This document shows positions 10,620 to 20,777 of a stretch of 64,000 bases of DNA, piece after piece (position 1 is the stretch's first letter; every line of letters begins with the position of its first letter). Below the pieces are notes generated by a model, which was not told where the DNA came from, made no database searches, and saw nothing but the letters and a program-made list of their open reading frames with translations. A program made the position numbers and the translations under genes. This DNA comes from an uncultured delta proteobacterium (GTDB lineage Bacteria > Desulfobacterota > Desulfobacteria > Desulfobacterales > UBA2156): positions 163,604 to 227,603 of the forward strand of contig CAVTQK010000017.1 in the NCBI GenBank assembly GCA_963736855.1, written 5' to 3'.

Positions 10620-11219
10620 ATGCGGCACTACCCGTCATCCGTTAAACGAGTGATTGTCAATATGACCCGGCTTCCCGGAATCGGCGAAAAGACGGCGGAA
10701 CGCCTGGTCATACATATGCTCTGCATGCCCCAGAAGGATATCGAGGCGCTTGCCGACAGCATCATGGAGATGAAGCGTTCGGTCCGGCTCTGCTCCCTTT
10801 GCCACTCTTTAAGCGATACCGATCTTTGCGCCATCTGCCGGGACCCCTCAAGAGACGAAGGCGTGATTTGTGTGGTGGAACAGCCGGCGGATATGGCAGC
10901 CATCGAAAAATCGGGGGCTTACACCGGTCGCTATCATATTCTCCAGGGTGTTCTTTCCCCTGTATGCGGGGTCGGGCCAAACGACATTCGGATCCGGGAA
11001 CTTTTAGAACGGATCGGTAAAGGGGGTATCCGGGAGGTGGTTCTGGCCACTTCCACCGGCGTGGAGGGCGAGGCCACCGCCTCATATCTCGCCGAAAGGC
11101 TTCGGGGGCTTCCCGTGAAGACGACCCGGATTGCCTCGGGCGTGCCCATGGGGGGAGACCTCAAATACGTAGACCCGGTGACCCTGAAGCGGGCCATGGA
11201 TACCCGGCATGGTGTCTGA
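10620..11219 (+). CDS. recR: Recombination mediator RecR
   Basis: LPGIGEKTAER, C4 zinc finger and TOPRIM (VEGEATA). Confidence 0.96.
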   Translation: MRHYPSSVKRVIVNMTRLPGIGEKTAERLVIHMLCMPQKDIEALADSIMEMKRSVRLCSLCHSLSDTDLCAICRDPSRDEGVICVVEQPADMAAIEKSGAYTGRYHILQGVLSPVCGVGPNDIRIRELLERIGKGGIREVVLATSTGVEGEATASYLAERLRGLPVKTTRIASGVPMGGDLKYVDPVTLKRAMDTRHGV

Positions 11220-11622
11220 AACCCTCAAGTCAGACGACCTCTTTGAATGCAAGCAGTGCGGCGATTGCTGCAAGGGATACGGCGGCACCTTCGTCACTCC
11301 GGAGGATATCCGTCGCATCGCCGTTTTCATCGATGAAGATCCGGTTCGATTCGCTAAAAAATATTGTCAGATGTCGGGGACAAGGCCTGTTTTGGCTCAG
11401 GCCGAAAACGGATATTGCGTGTTTTGGGATAAGCTTTGCCGGATCCATCCGGTCAAACCGCGGATGTGCCGGCAGTGGCCGTTCATTCAAAGTGTTCTGA
11501 TCGATCTTGAGAACTGGCGCATCATGGCGAAAAGCTGTCCCGGGATCCGTACGGATATATCCGATGCCCTCCTTGAATCCTCTCTCAAATGCATTCTTCT
11601 TCCCGATGATCGGCGTCTTTGA
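11209..11622 (+). CDS. YkgJ family cysteine-cluster protein
   Basis: CKQCGDCC...CVF...CRIHPVKPRMCRQWPF. Confidence 0.88.
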   Translation: MVSETLKSDDLFECKQCGDCCKGYGGTFVTPEDIRRIAVFIDEDPVRFAKKYCQMSGTRPVLAQAENGYCVFWDKLCRIHPVKPRMCRQWPFIQSVLIDLENWRIMAKSCPGIRTDISDALLESSLKCILLPDDRRL

Positions 11623-12430
11623 TTCCGGAATCGGCGGATTGGTCGTGGTTCGTAGCCTCAGAGAGGTGCTTCCCGAACATGATATGGTTTTTTTAGCGGA
11701 CACGGCTCGATCCCCTTATGCAAACCGGAGTATTGAAACCGTCGCCCGATTCGCCGACGAGGGGATCAGGCACCTGATCGGCCTGAAGGTCGGTTTGGTA
11801 GTAATCTGTTGCTCCGCCGCCGCTTCCGCCTTCATCCAGGGAAAAATCGGACCCTATGCCGTGCCCATCATCGACGGGGTTACCTGTGCGGTTGCCGCGG
11901 CTCTCCCGGTCTCTAAAAAACATCAGTTCGGCGTCATCGGAAAAAGGGCGGCAATGGAGAGTGGCGTGTACGAAAGCCTCATCCGGGATCAAATGCCCGA
12001 CGCCCGTGTGTATACCCAATCTTCCATCCTTTTGGATACCCTCATCGAGGAGGGTTGGGCTCTGAGACCCGAGACGGCCAGGATTGCGAAAAAACTTTTG
12101 CATCCCTTGCGCGTGAGACAAATCGACACGCTGATTCCGGACAGTCCTCATTTATCGGTTATCGAAAAGAAGATTGCGCTCAAAGCGGGCCGAAAGGTGA
12201 ACATCGTCAAACCCTGGCAGGCCATTGCCGATAAGGTAAAGAAGACCCTCACCAAAAACCCTGAAATCGATCGGGCTCTGGGAAAGACCGGCTCTCTGAA
12301 GGTCAAGGTTACCGATCTGCCGGCAGGGCTGAAGGAAAAATGTGAGGCTTTACTGAAATCCAGGGTAACCATCGAGTGCGTACCGACGTTTTCAGAGGCA
12401 GGGCATGCCCACGGCTGCTTGCGGGATTGA
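11606..12430 (+). CDS. Glutamate racemase-like protein with degenerate active site
   Basis: IGVFDSGIGGL start typical of MurI, but ACNT reads CCSA and LGCTH reads PDSPH. Confidence 0.75.
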   Translation: MIGVFDSGIGGLVVVRSLREVLPEHDMVFLADTARSPYANRSIETVARFADEGIRHLIGLKVGLVVICCSAAASAFIQGKIGPYAVPIIDGVTCAVAAALPVSKKHQFGVIGKRAAMESGVYESLIRDQMPDARVYTQSSILLDTLIEEGWALRPETARIAKKLLHPLRVRQIDTLIPDSPHLSVIEKKIALKAGRKVNIVKPWQAIADKVKKTLTKNPEIDRALGKTGSLKVKVTDLPAGLKEKCEALLKSRVTIECVPTFSEAGHAHGCLRD

Positions 12431-13326
12431 CTGCTCTGTTTGCAGGCTATTTATCCTGGGCGTATGTTCCACGTGCGGGCCGGGAACGAGCCGGGAGGCA
12501 GAGCTTAAAGTCGCGGCCCAGGAACGCCTTCTGGGTACCCCCTGTTCGATTCTTGCCTGCGCCCGAATGAACGGGGTGGCCTATTGTCTGAGGGATTGTG
12601 CGTTTTTTCACTGTGATCACTTTGCTTCGGGTCCATACCCTTTCAGCCAGGGATTTCTTTCAATGCAGAAAAGACGACGGGCCGAAGCATCACCGGGAAA
12701 GAGTCCTGCAGGGGAGCCCGTCCAGGTTCCGGAGCAATATTGGGATGTCTTGACCCGGATGAATATCCATGATCTGTGCTGTAACGCCCGTATCCATCAT
12801 GAATCCCCGGGGAAAATCCGCATTCCTTTTTTAAAAGGAAGAACTCCGGATCGATCTCAATCAGCGCCTTTTATTTCGAAAGGCCGGGGCATCCTGGGAT
12901 CGTATCCAGGATCCGTTCCTGGTATTGATGTGCTTGGTCTACCTTCTGACTGTCAAAGATATTCCGTTGAACGGCCGGATGATCGGTGTGAACGAGCTGA
13001 AAACCGCCCATTTTTTTCAGGGCCCCCATTCGCTCCGCAATGAGCCGCTTTTAAGAAGGTTCGGGCAGGATCTTGACGGATTTCGCCGGTCCGCGCAGGC
13101 ATTGGGGGGAGAGCCGCTGGACCTGGCCGATGCCGCCTATGCGCTTCACCCCTTTCCCAGAATTCCGCTTTATTATCTCATGTGGGAAGGAGATGAAGAG
13201 TTTTCACCCCGCTTGTCCGTTCTCTTCGATGAGACTATAGAAACCCTATTGCCAGCGGATGCCATTTGGGGTCTGGTCAACCTCGTCTCGTATCGTCTGC
13301 TCATCTCAGGTAACCCCACTGTTTGA
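12405..13326 (+). CDS. Cys-rich N-terminal domain + DUF3786 domain protein, frameshifted near 12830
   Basis: ACGIDCSVC start; the second frame carries FFQGPH, FPRIP and LWEGDEEF-like motifs. Removing one base in TTTTTTAAAA joins the frames. Confidence 0.7.
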
Positions 13327-14635
13327 GACGGCCGTAAGCGTATCGGGCGTTTTGTCCTTCGCTGATTTGCCGGAGATATTGATGGAACTCCTGGGCGGCA
13401 GGCTCCCGTTTTCCCATCCCTTCCAGAGCGAGCCCCTTGAAAAAATCGGTGTTCGGGTTTCCTGGAAGGTTCCGGTGGTACGCATCGAATTCCTGATAGG
13501 CCCCGGAAAAATCCTTTCGGTGCAGCTTGGAGTACCCACTCAGGTGGTGGGCCTGAGCCTCCGTCGGGTTGACCGTTGTCGCTTTATCGATGTAGCGCTC
13601 GGCCTCGTCGTATTTATTCTGGGCAATGAGGGACTTGGAGGTCATGACCAGCCCGGCGTAATCATCCGGAGCGCCGGATAAGGCCTTTTTAAAAGTGGTT
13701 TCCGCGTCAGCGTACTTTTTCTTCCCCATGAGTTCCTCGCCCTTTTGCATGTCTCGGATCGGGCCTTCGATCTTCCGAATACCGGCGGTGTGATCCATAT
13801 ATCTTTCCCGGTAAATCGGCTGGTTGCGGTATCCGGCGTAAAGGGTTTCAGAGGATTTTTTTGCCGTATCGTAACGCTCGTCGCTCATGGGGTGCGTGGC
13901 AAAAAGGAGCTGAGCGGCACTCGGTTTTTTCTTGTTCATATTCTTGAGCATCTCCATGAGTCCCGTCATCCCTTCCGGATTGTAACCGGCTTTGACCATG
14001 TATTCCATCCCCAGGGCGTCGGCTTGGCGCTCGTTGTCCCTGCTGTAAGCAGCCAGGAAGGCACCGGAGGTGAGCATCCCCAATTGGGTGGCGATGATGC
14101 CGGCTCCCATGTTTTCCTGCTGGATGCCCACGTAGGCCCCCACCCCGGCAGCCAGAGCCATAGCTACCATTCGTTTGGACATCAGCGATGCGGTGTGCCG
14201 TGCGTTTACATGCCCCAGTTCGTGACCCGTTAAGGCGGCCAACTGGGCTTCATCGTCCAGTTCGAGGAGGATTCCCCGGGTTGCGGCAATACTTCCCCCT
14301 GGAAAGGCGTAGGCATTGATATAAGTGGCGTTGACGGCCCTGAAGGAATAGGGCATCTGTCGGCGATGGGTATGGGAACCAAGGTCTTTTCCGACTCCGG
14401 ACATATAATCCTGGAGTGTTGGGTCCTGGACAGCTCCGTAGTCGGTGGAATACTGATGGAGGGAATGTTGTTTGTCGATGCTGATTTCCTCACTTTCAGA
14501 CATCAGCATCAGCTGGGATTCGCCGGTTACCGGATTGGTGGCGCAACCCAGAAAAAGGGAGGCCGCAGCCATAGACCCTGCATATAAAAAGTCCCTTCGG
14601 CTTATTTTTCTATCAATGACAATGGGATACAGCAC
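13301..14635 (-). CDS. M48 family metalloprotease with TPR repeats (BepA/YfgC-like), Tat/lipoprotein signal
   Basis: SRRDFL...LGC signal, NAYAFPGG, HELGH, YSRDNERQAD and THP. Confidence 0.9.
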   Translation of the reverse strand: MLYPIVIDRKISRRDFLYAGSMAAASLFLGCATNPVTGESQLMLMSESEEISIDKQHSLHQYSTDYGAVQDPTLQDYMSGVGKDLGSHTHRRQMPYSFRAVNATYINAYAFPGGSIAATRGILLELDDEAQLAALTGHELGHVNARHTASLMSKRMVAMALAAGVGAYVGIQQENMGAGIIATQLGMLTSGAFLAAYSRDNERQADALGMEYMVKAGYNPEGMTGLMEMLKNMNKKKPSAAQLLFATHPMSDERYDTAKKSSETLYAGYRNQPIYRERYMDHTAGIRKIEGPIRDMQKGEELMGKKKYADAETTFKKALSGAPDDYAGLVMTSKSLIAQNKYDEAERYIDKATTVNPTEAQAHHLSGYSKLHRKDFSGAYQEFDAYHRNLPGNPNTDFFKGLALEGMGKREPAAQEFHQYLRQISEGQNARYAYGRLKQWGYLR

Positions 14636-14702
14636 GATCGTTTCCTTTCAGCCCGGATGAAGGCCTTCAAGAATCGCAGAATATGGCTGGACGTTGAAAT
14701 AT

Positions 14703-14732
14703 ATCATAAAGGATATGTGGAGGGGGTGTCAA
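14703..14732 (-). promoter_or_regulatory. sigma70 promoter of the M48 protease gene
   Basis: TTGACA-N18-TATGAT on the minus strand. Confidence 0.55.
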
Positions 14733-14806
14733 ACGTGTAGCCGCATCGATCCAATGCAGACAAAAATAGCCACAACCTTTTGAAATTGCAGCTATTTTTT
14801 AATACA

Positions 14807-14882
<76 letters not shown>

Positions 14883-14999
14883 ACCGCATATGTTAGCGAA
14901 TCCTTAATGAAAGACATCTTTTTTGTCAACAGCTTTTTAAGGTATTCTATGGTCGTTGCGCTTTGTCGCAAGATGCGGGAAATGAGGCGTGGCATCTTC

Positions 15000-15989
15000 T
15001 TAAGTTTTATCTTTCCCGAAAAGCCGAAAATATTCCGGTCTCAGCCCACGATGATGCAGAGACTGCATCAGATCCAGGAAAGCCCGCGTAATTTCCGTGT
15101 CGAATTGGATTCCCGCGTTTACGGCAAACTCCCGACGAATGAACTCCAGGGATAGGGCGCCCCGGTAGGGACGATTCGAGACCATGGCGTGGTAGCAGTC
15201 GGCCACCTGGACAATGCGCGTCTCTATAGTAATTGCCGTACCTGTCAGTCCGTCGGGGTAACCTCGGCCATCGATCCGTTCATGGTGGTGACGCACTACC
15301 GGCAGTATATCGGTCAGAAACTTCAGGGGTGATAGTATTGCCTCTCCATCTGCCGGGTGTTTCCGGATCAGGTCAAACTCTGTGTCGTTAAGGCGACCGG
15401 GTTTTCGCAAAACGGCGTCCGGAACCCCGATCTTTCCGATGTCGTGGAGCCGGCCGGCGATCCGCACCCGCTCAGCGGCCTGGGCGGAGAAGCCCATCAC
15501 CAGAGCCAGTTGCTCAGCGGCGCATGCCACTGCCTCTGAGTGGCTGCGAGTATAGGTATCCTTCTTATCCACCGCCTCGGCCAAGGCAGTCACTGTGTCC
15601 AGATTGAGCTTCTTCAAATAGTCGACGTCCAGGTCCGTCCCCATCTCAAAACGAAACACAGCAGCTCCGAACTGGATCCGGTCTCCGTGGGCGAGGCGCT
15701 CGTTGGTCACCCGATAGCCGTTGAGAAAGGTGCCGTTGGTGCTGCCCAGGTCCTGGACGTAGTAACGGTTATGGACTGCCAGCAGTTTTGCATGCCGGCG
15801 GGAGACTTGGGGATCACGAATATTGAAGTCCGCCTTGTCGCTGCGGCCCAGGAGTAATTGGGGCGAGTCCAGAAGGATGGGCTGTCCGTTCCCCGCTTGA
15901 GGGATCAAGTAGGCCTTGCGTTTGGGCTCCAGCCCAATATTCCGCTTTGATGGGGGGAGTATCAATGTATCGAAGCTGGAGGAGTCCAC
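15000..15989 (-). CDS. FHA domain + HD-GYP phosphodiesterase
   Basis: FHA: LGR, VSRRHA, DLGSTNGT. HD-GYP: LHDIGK, HHERIDGRGYP. Confidence 0.9.
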   Translation of the reverse strand: MDSSSFDTLILPPSKRNIGLEPKRKAYLIPQAGNGQPILLDSPQLLLGRSDKADFNIRDPQVSRRHAKLLAVHNRYYVQDLGSTNGTFLNGYRVTNERLAHGDRIQFGAAVFRFEMGTDLDVDYLKKLNLDTVTALAEAVDKKDTYTRSHSEAVACAAEQLALVMGFSAQAAERVRIAGRLHDIGKIGVPDAVLRKPGRLNDTEFDLIRKHPADGEAILSPLKFLTDILPVVRHHHERIDGRGYPDGLTGTAITIETRIVQVADCYHAMVSNRPYRGALSLEFIRREFAVNAGIQFDTEITRAFLDLMQSLHHRGLRPEYFRLFGKDKT

Positions 15990-16225
15990 GGTAATAATTA
16001 ATGGATGATAGCTCGCTTTTTTCCTGGCGAATTAAGCGGAAGCATGATTGAAATATCGGCATCATTCACAGTTCAAGATATGGGAACGTGCCCGTGCCGT
16101 TGTTGTAGCCGATGGATTTTGGGACATCTTATCGGAAAGAAGAGGTCCTGTAAACTAGATTCGAGGAAGCCCTTCATTGTCTGGGTTCGTACCCGGTTTT
16201 TCGGCTTCACCCCGGAATTTACGCA

Positions 16226-16254
16226 TTGACAAGGCTTCGCCCCTACAGTAAATT
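16226..16254 (+). promoter_or_regulatory. Putative sigma70 promoter of glgP
   Basis: TTGACA-N17-TAAATT. Confidence 0.5.
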
Positions 16255-16342
16255 TTTAATCCGACCTGTTCGGTTTGCCTTATGCATGAAGCAGCGTCGG
16301 AAAGGGATTTCCGGCAAATCAAAGAAACGGAGCCGAAGGCTG

Positions 16343-18892
16343 ATGAAACGGATTTTAACCTACCAGGTCTACCCGAAGATTCCCCTGCCGCTGGCCTTTT
16401 TGGAAACGCTTTCACGAAACTTATGGTGGTGCTGGAAACCGGAGGCCGTGGAGCTGTTCCGCCGGATCGATCCAATTTTATGGAAAACCTCAAATGGCAA
16501 CCCGATTGTTGTATTATCCAACGTGGAACAGGGACGCCTCGAGGAACTGGCAAAGGACGACAGCTTCATTGCCCACATGCAGCGGGTCCAGGAGCGTTTT
16601 GAAAAACGCGTCACCTATAATCTGGAAGCGTCCCGTCAGATCTACGAAGAGATGGGGCCGGTCGCCTACTTTTCCATGGAATTCGGTCTCCACGAAAGCA
16701 TTCCGATTTTTGCCGGGGGACTGGGCATTCTGGCGGGCGATCACCTCAAAGCCGCTTCCAACCTCTCTCTTCCCATGGTTGGGTTGGGGCTTCTTTATCG
16801 GAACGGATATTTCCGGCAGCACCTCAACTCGGACGGGTGGCAACAGGAGGAATATCCCGAGATCGACATTGAACAACTCCCCTTGGAGAGGGCACGGGAT
16901 GATCAGGGAAACGAAATAACGATCTCCGTATTCGGACCCATAGGTGTCATTCACTCTTCCATATGGAAAATCCGGGTGGGCCGGACGCTGCTTTTACTTC
17001 TGGACACCAACTTGCCTCAGAATCAGCCGGAGGCTCGAGAAATATCCTCGCGTCTCTATGCATCAGAACCCACGATACGCTTGAATCAGGAAATCCTGCT
17101 GGGCATCGGCGGGGTTCGCGCCCTTTCCGCCCTCGGGATTTTTCCGTCTGTGTATCATTTGAACGAGGGCCATCCCGCCTTTTCCACTTTTGAACGGCTC
17201 TCCACGGTGATGAAGCGACACCAGATCGACTTAAAGACTGCTCTCCAGATTATTCCCCGCTCTACTGTTTTTACAACTCATACACCCGTGGCCGCCGGCC
17301 ATGATGCTTTCTCTCCGGACCTGGTTCGCCCTTATCTTATGCCCTTTCAGGAATCCCTCGGGACCAATAGCGATCGGATGTTATCCTGGGGCCAGGCGGC
17401 TCCGAACGACAAGGGCGCTCCCTTTTCCATGTTCATCCTGGGTTCCCGGTTTTCCCAGTTTCGAAATGCGGTGAGCCGGCTTCATGAGAGGACGGCGCGG
17501 CGAATGTGGGCCCACCTTTGGCCCGGAAAGCCGGAGGAGGAAATCCCCATTTCCCATGTCACCAATGGGATCCATATCTCCACTTTCATTGCCCCCGAAA
17601 TCGCCATGCTTTTTGATCGACATATCGGGCCGGAGTGGTATATGAGTTCACGGCGCTCCGAAAATATCCGGCGCATCGATGAAATTTACGACGAGGGTTT
17701 ATGGCGGGCCCATGAGATGGCACGAACCCGGCTGATCCACACTTGCCGGGAACACATGAAAAGCCATTACACGAGACGCAATGCACCTAACACCCTGCTC
17801 AAAGAGATCGAAGGAGCTCTGGAGCAGGATGTCCTGACCGTCGCATTTGCCCGGCGTTTCGCTGTCTATAAACGGGCAGACTTACTCCTGAAGGACCCGG
17901 ATCGCCTGATAGCGCTCTTGAATTCCGAAACACGACCGATTCAGATTATTTTCGCCGGAAAGGCACACCCTAGAGACGACCAGGGGAAGGAAATGATCCG
18001 GCGGGTTATCCAGTTCGTCAAAAAGCCCGAGGTCCGGAAACGGATGGTCTTTGTTGAAGGCTACGATATGGCTATGGCGAAAAGCCTGGTTCAGGGCGCC
18101 GATATCTGGCTCAACACCCCCCGCCGCCCCTATGAAGCTTGCGGGACTTCCGGGATGAAGGCGGCTCTCAATGGCGTATTGAATGTCAGCATCCTGGATG
18201 GGTGGTGGTGCGAAGGATATGCAGAAGACCGCGGTTGGGCCATCGGGGCTGGAGAGGAATATGCAGATCCGGCATATCAGGACGCCGTCGAGAGCCAGGC
18301 CCTGTTCAACGTCCTGGAAAACGAGGTCATCCCGTGTTTTTATGAGAAGCGTAACGGGGGATTGCCTGACCGATGGATTTCCATGATGAAAGCTTCCATG
18401 AAGATGGCCATCGAGGATTTTTGCAGTCTTCGCATGGTCAGTGAATATGAGAATCGCTTTTATCTCCCGATTCTCAAACAGACACCGGCCTTATTGAAGG
18501 AAGAGGCGGTGGCGGCAAAACGCCTTGCGATACAGGAGGAGCGCCTTTATCAGCTCTGGAAGCACGTCCGCGTAGGTGTGCCGAGCCTCTGCTGCCGCAG
18601 ACCATTTCGAGTCGGTGAAAAATGCGAGGTCACCGCCGATGTGCATCTCGGCGAGTTGCTCCCCGATGAAGTCGATGTGGAAGTCTATAATGGACGTATG
18701 CGGTCCGTGGATACACTGAAGGGGTTTGAAATATGCCCCATGAAGATGATGGAAGCCACTAGTCCTGGGACCTACCGATACTTTGGGACCGTCGACTGCC
18801 GAGTTCCCGGCCGGTACGGTTTCACCGTCCGGGCAACCCCCAGAGGCGATGATTTCCTAAAAGCCCTACCGGGGCTCATTGCCTGGTCTTAG
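16343..18892 (+). CDS. glgP: Alpha-glucan (glycogen) phosphorylase
   Basis: NLWWCW, YFSMEFG, HLNEGH and PLP motif EACGTSGMK. Confidence 0.95.
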   Translation: MKRILTYQVYPKIPLPLAFLETLSRNLWWCWKPEAVELFRRIDPILWKTSNGNPIVVLSNVEQGRLEELAKDDSFIAHMQRVQERFEKRVTYNLEASRQIYEEMGPVAYFSMEFGLHESIPIFAGGLGILAGDHLKAASNLSLPMVGLGLLYRNGYFRQHLNSDGWQQEEYPEIDIEQLPLERARDDQGNEITISVFGPIGVIHSSIWKIRVGRTLLLLLDTNLPQNQPEAREISSRLYASEPTIRLNQEILLGIGGVRALSALGIFPSVYHLNEGHPAFSTFERLSTVMKRHQIDLKTALQIIPRSTVFTTHTPVAAGHDAFSPDLVRPYLMPFQESLGTNSDRMLSWGQAAPNDKGAPFSMFILGSRFSQFRNAVSRLHERTARRMWAHLWPGKPEEEIPISHVTNGIHISTFIAPEIAMLFDRHIGPEWYMSSRRSENIRRIDEIYDEGLWRAHEMARTRLIHTCREHMKSHYTRRNAPNTLLKEIEGALEQDVLTVAFARRFAVYKRADLLLKDPDRLIALLNSETRPIQIIFAGKAHPRDDQGKEMIRRVIQFVKKPEVRKRMVFVEGYDMAMAKSLVQGADIWLNTPRRPYEACGTSGMKAALNGVLNVSILDGWWCEGYAEDRGWAIGAGEEYADPAYQDAVESQALFNVLENEVIPCFYEKRNGGLPDRWISMMKASMKMAIEDFCSLRMVSEYENRFYLPILKQTPALLKEEAVAAKRLAIQEERLYQLWKHVRVGVPSLCCRRPFRVGEKCEVTADVHLGELLPDEVDVEVYNGRMRSVDTLKGFEICPMKMMEATSPGTYRYFGTVDCRVPGRYGFTVRATPRGDDFLKALPGLIAWS

Positions 18893-18929
18893 CTTATAGC
18901 GAAAAATGTTTTAAAAAGGACTGAGGCCG

Positions 18930-20105
18930 TTGCACGTACTTGATTTAATGATAGACATTCGGTTCCAGGATCTTCTCGATATCGTGTTTCTCACGGTGGT
19001 GGCCTACTATCTGTATCTTTGGTTCCAGGGCACCAAGGCCCTCAAGGCGCTGGTGGGACTCATGGCGCTGGGGATTGCCTTTACTTTCGCGCGGACCTGG
19101 GGCCTGTTTCTCACCACATGGATGTTTCAAATCCTATGGCAGGTCTTCATCATTTTGCTGATTATCCTGTTTCAGCCGGAGATCCGACAGGTCCTGGAAC
19201 GGGTGAACCCCTTTCAACGCTTCAACTCCGCAAACGGAAACGGAGGGGAGACATGGGAAAAAAAATTGGCGGAGGCCTGTTTTGTCATGGCCAGGCGCCG
19301 GATCGGTGCTTTGATCATTATCGAAAAGGGGGACCGGGTCCAGGAACTCGTCACCGGTGGAATATCTGTTCAGGGTGATCCCGGCACGGAGCTGTTTCTC
19401 AGCATCTTCAATAAGGAATCTCCCCTGCACGATGGAGCTGTGGTGATCCGTTCCCGGCAGATTACCACAGTGGCATGTTACCTGCCCTTGAGCACGACGG
19501 AAGGGTTGCCGCAAGAATGGGGAACCCGGCACAGGGCTGCTCTCGGTCTTGCCGAGCGATGTGATGCCTGGGTGCTCGTCGTCTCCGAGGAGCGCGGGGT
19601 GGTTTCCCTGGCCAGAGGGAAAAAAGTACTCCCGGTCTCAAGCCAGGAAGAACTGTCGAGGCTTCTCCATGAAGTCGCAGCACCTCTGCATCCTAAAGAG
19701 ACTATCTGGTGGAAACGCATCCGCTCTGTTGCCGTCCACCGGTGGCGACTGAAACTGGGCACGTTTCTGGCGGTTGGGTTGGTATGGCTCCTCCTGGCGG
19801 GCCAACAGGATTTCGAGGCGAGCTTCCAGGTTCCGGTGGAGTTGGTGAACACCCCTCAGCAACTTGCGGTGGAAGAGCTCTCCAGGCCCATGATCAAAGT
19901 TACGGCAAGAGGATTGAGAAAGGATTCGAGCACCATCAACCCCAAAGACGTGCATATCAGGCTCGATCTTTCCAGGGCCGTTCCGGGAAAAAGGAAATTC
20001 AGGATCAGCCGCGACCAGGTATCGCTTCCGAACGATCGTGTCGATATCGTTAGGATCGAGCCGGCGGAACTGGATTTGATCTTACGGCCGGCGCCGACAT
20101 CTTAG
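18930..20105 (+). CDS. Membrane diadenylate cyclase (CdaA/DacA type) fused to a YbbR/CdaR-like domain
   Basis: Three N-terminal TM helices, LHDGA and GTRHRAA catalytic motifs, an extra TM and a C-terminal YbbR-like beta domain. Confidence 0.88.
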   Translation: MHVLDLMIDIRFQDLLDIVFLTVVAYYLYLWFQGTKALKALVGLMALGIAFTFARTWGLFLTTWMFQILWQVFIILLIILFQPEIRQVLERVNPFQRFNSANGNGGETWEKKLAEACFVMARRRIGALIIIEKGDRVQELVTGGISVQGDPGTELFLSIFNKESPLHDGAVVIRSRQITTVACYLPLSTTEGLPQEWGTRHRAALGLAERCDAWVLVVSEERGVVSLARGKKVLPVSSQEELSRLLHEVAAPLHPKETIWWKRIRSVAVHRWRLKLGTFLAVGLVWLLLAGQQDFEASFQVPVELVNTPQQLAVEELSRPMIKVTARGLRKDSSTINPKDVHIRLDLSRAVPGKRKFRISRDQVSLPNDRVDIVRIEPAELDLILRPAPTS

Positions 20106-20133
20106 GATTAAAAGACCGATTCTGCCGCGTGAG

Positions 20134-20160
20134 GAACTTTTTAACACCTGCATGGTCTGA
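20134..20160 (+). promoter_or_regulatory. ECF (RpoE-type) promoter, probably autoregulatory
   Basis: GAACTT-N16-TCTGA ending 5 nt before the sigma factor ATG. Confidence 0.7.
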
Positions 20161-20165
20161 TATCA

Positions 20166-20777
20166 ATGGAAGACCGGATTGTGGCCAAGGATGCGGATAG
20201 CCGGCAGGACGATGCGCTGGTTAGGGCTTTTCAGGGAGGGGAACAGAAGGCATTCGATGCGCTGGTTAAACGCCATCAGGGACGCATCATCAATCTTTGT
20301 TTCCGAATGCTCGGGGATTTGGATGAGGCCAACGATTTCGCCCAGGAAACCTTTATCAAGGCATTCAACGGCCTATACCGTTTTCGATTGGATGCCTCTT
20401 TCTCCACATGGTTGTATCGGATAGCCGTTAATACCTGCAAAAACCGATTAACCTCATTGGCATACCGCTTCCGTAAAAAAACTTTTCCCATCGTCGAAGA
20501 GAGTCCAATGGAGACAAATTCAGAACCCCTTCATCTGGAAGATTCTAATCCCCTGCCTTTAAAGTGCATGGAGGACAAGGAGAGGGCGGCCCAGATCCAG
20601 AAGGCGATCTCATCCCTTTCGCCGGATCAGAGGTCGGTGGTGATCTTGAGGGATATCGAGGGCCTTTCCTATGAAGAAATCGCTGCCATTGTAAGACAAA
20701 ACCAGGGGACCGTCAAATCCAGACTCTCCCGTGCGCGGCAGGCTCTGAAAGAACGATTAAGGCCTATTCTCATATGA
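20166..20777 (+). CDS. ECF RNA polymerase sigma factor
   Basis: DFAQETF, FSTWLYRIAVN, LSYEEIA and GTVKSRLSRAR. Confidence 0.95.
   Translation: MEDRIVAKDADSRQDDALVRAFQGGEQKAFDALVKRHQGRIINLCFRMLGDLDEANDFAQETFIKAFNGLYRFRLDASFSTWLYRIAVNTCKNRLTSLAYRFRKKTFPIVEESPMETNSEPLHLEDSNPLPLKCMEDKERAAQIQKAISSLSPDQRSVVILRDIEGLSYEEIAAIVRQNQGTVKSRLSRARQALKERLRPILI

Noticed and set aside
10617..10622. Genome-wide TAG reassignment (TAG-ATG in-frame junctions at ybaB/recR and 58886-58891)
   Set aside because: TAG ends several genes at their expected family length (ybaB, glgP, yafQ), so it functions as a stop.
12826..12836. Programmed -1 frameshift at TTTTTTA
   Set aside because: The downstream domain is in the +1 frame; an indel is the simpler explanation.
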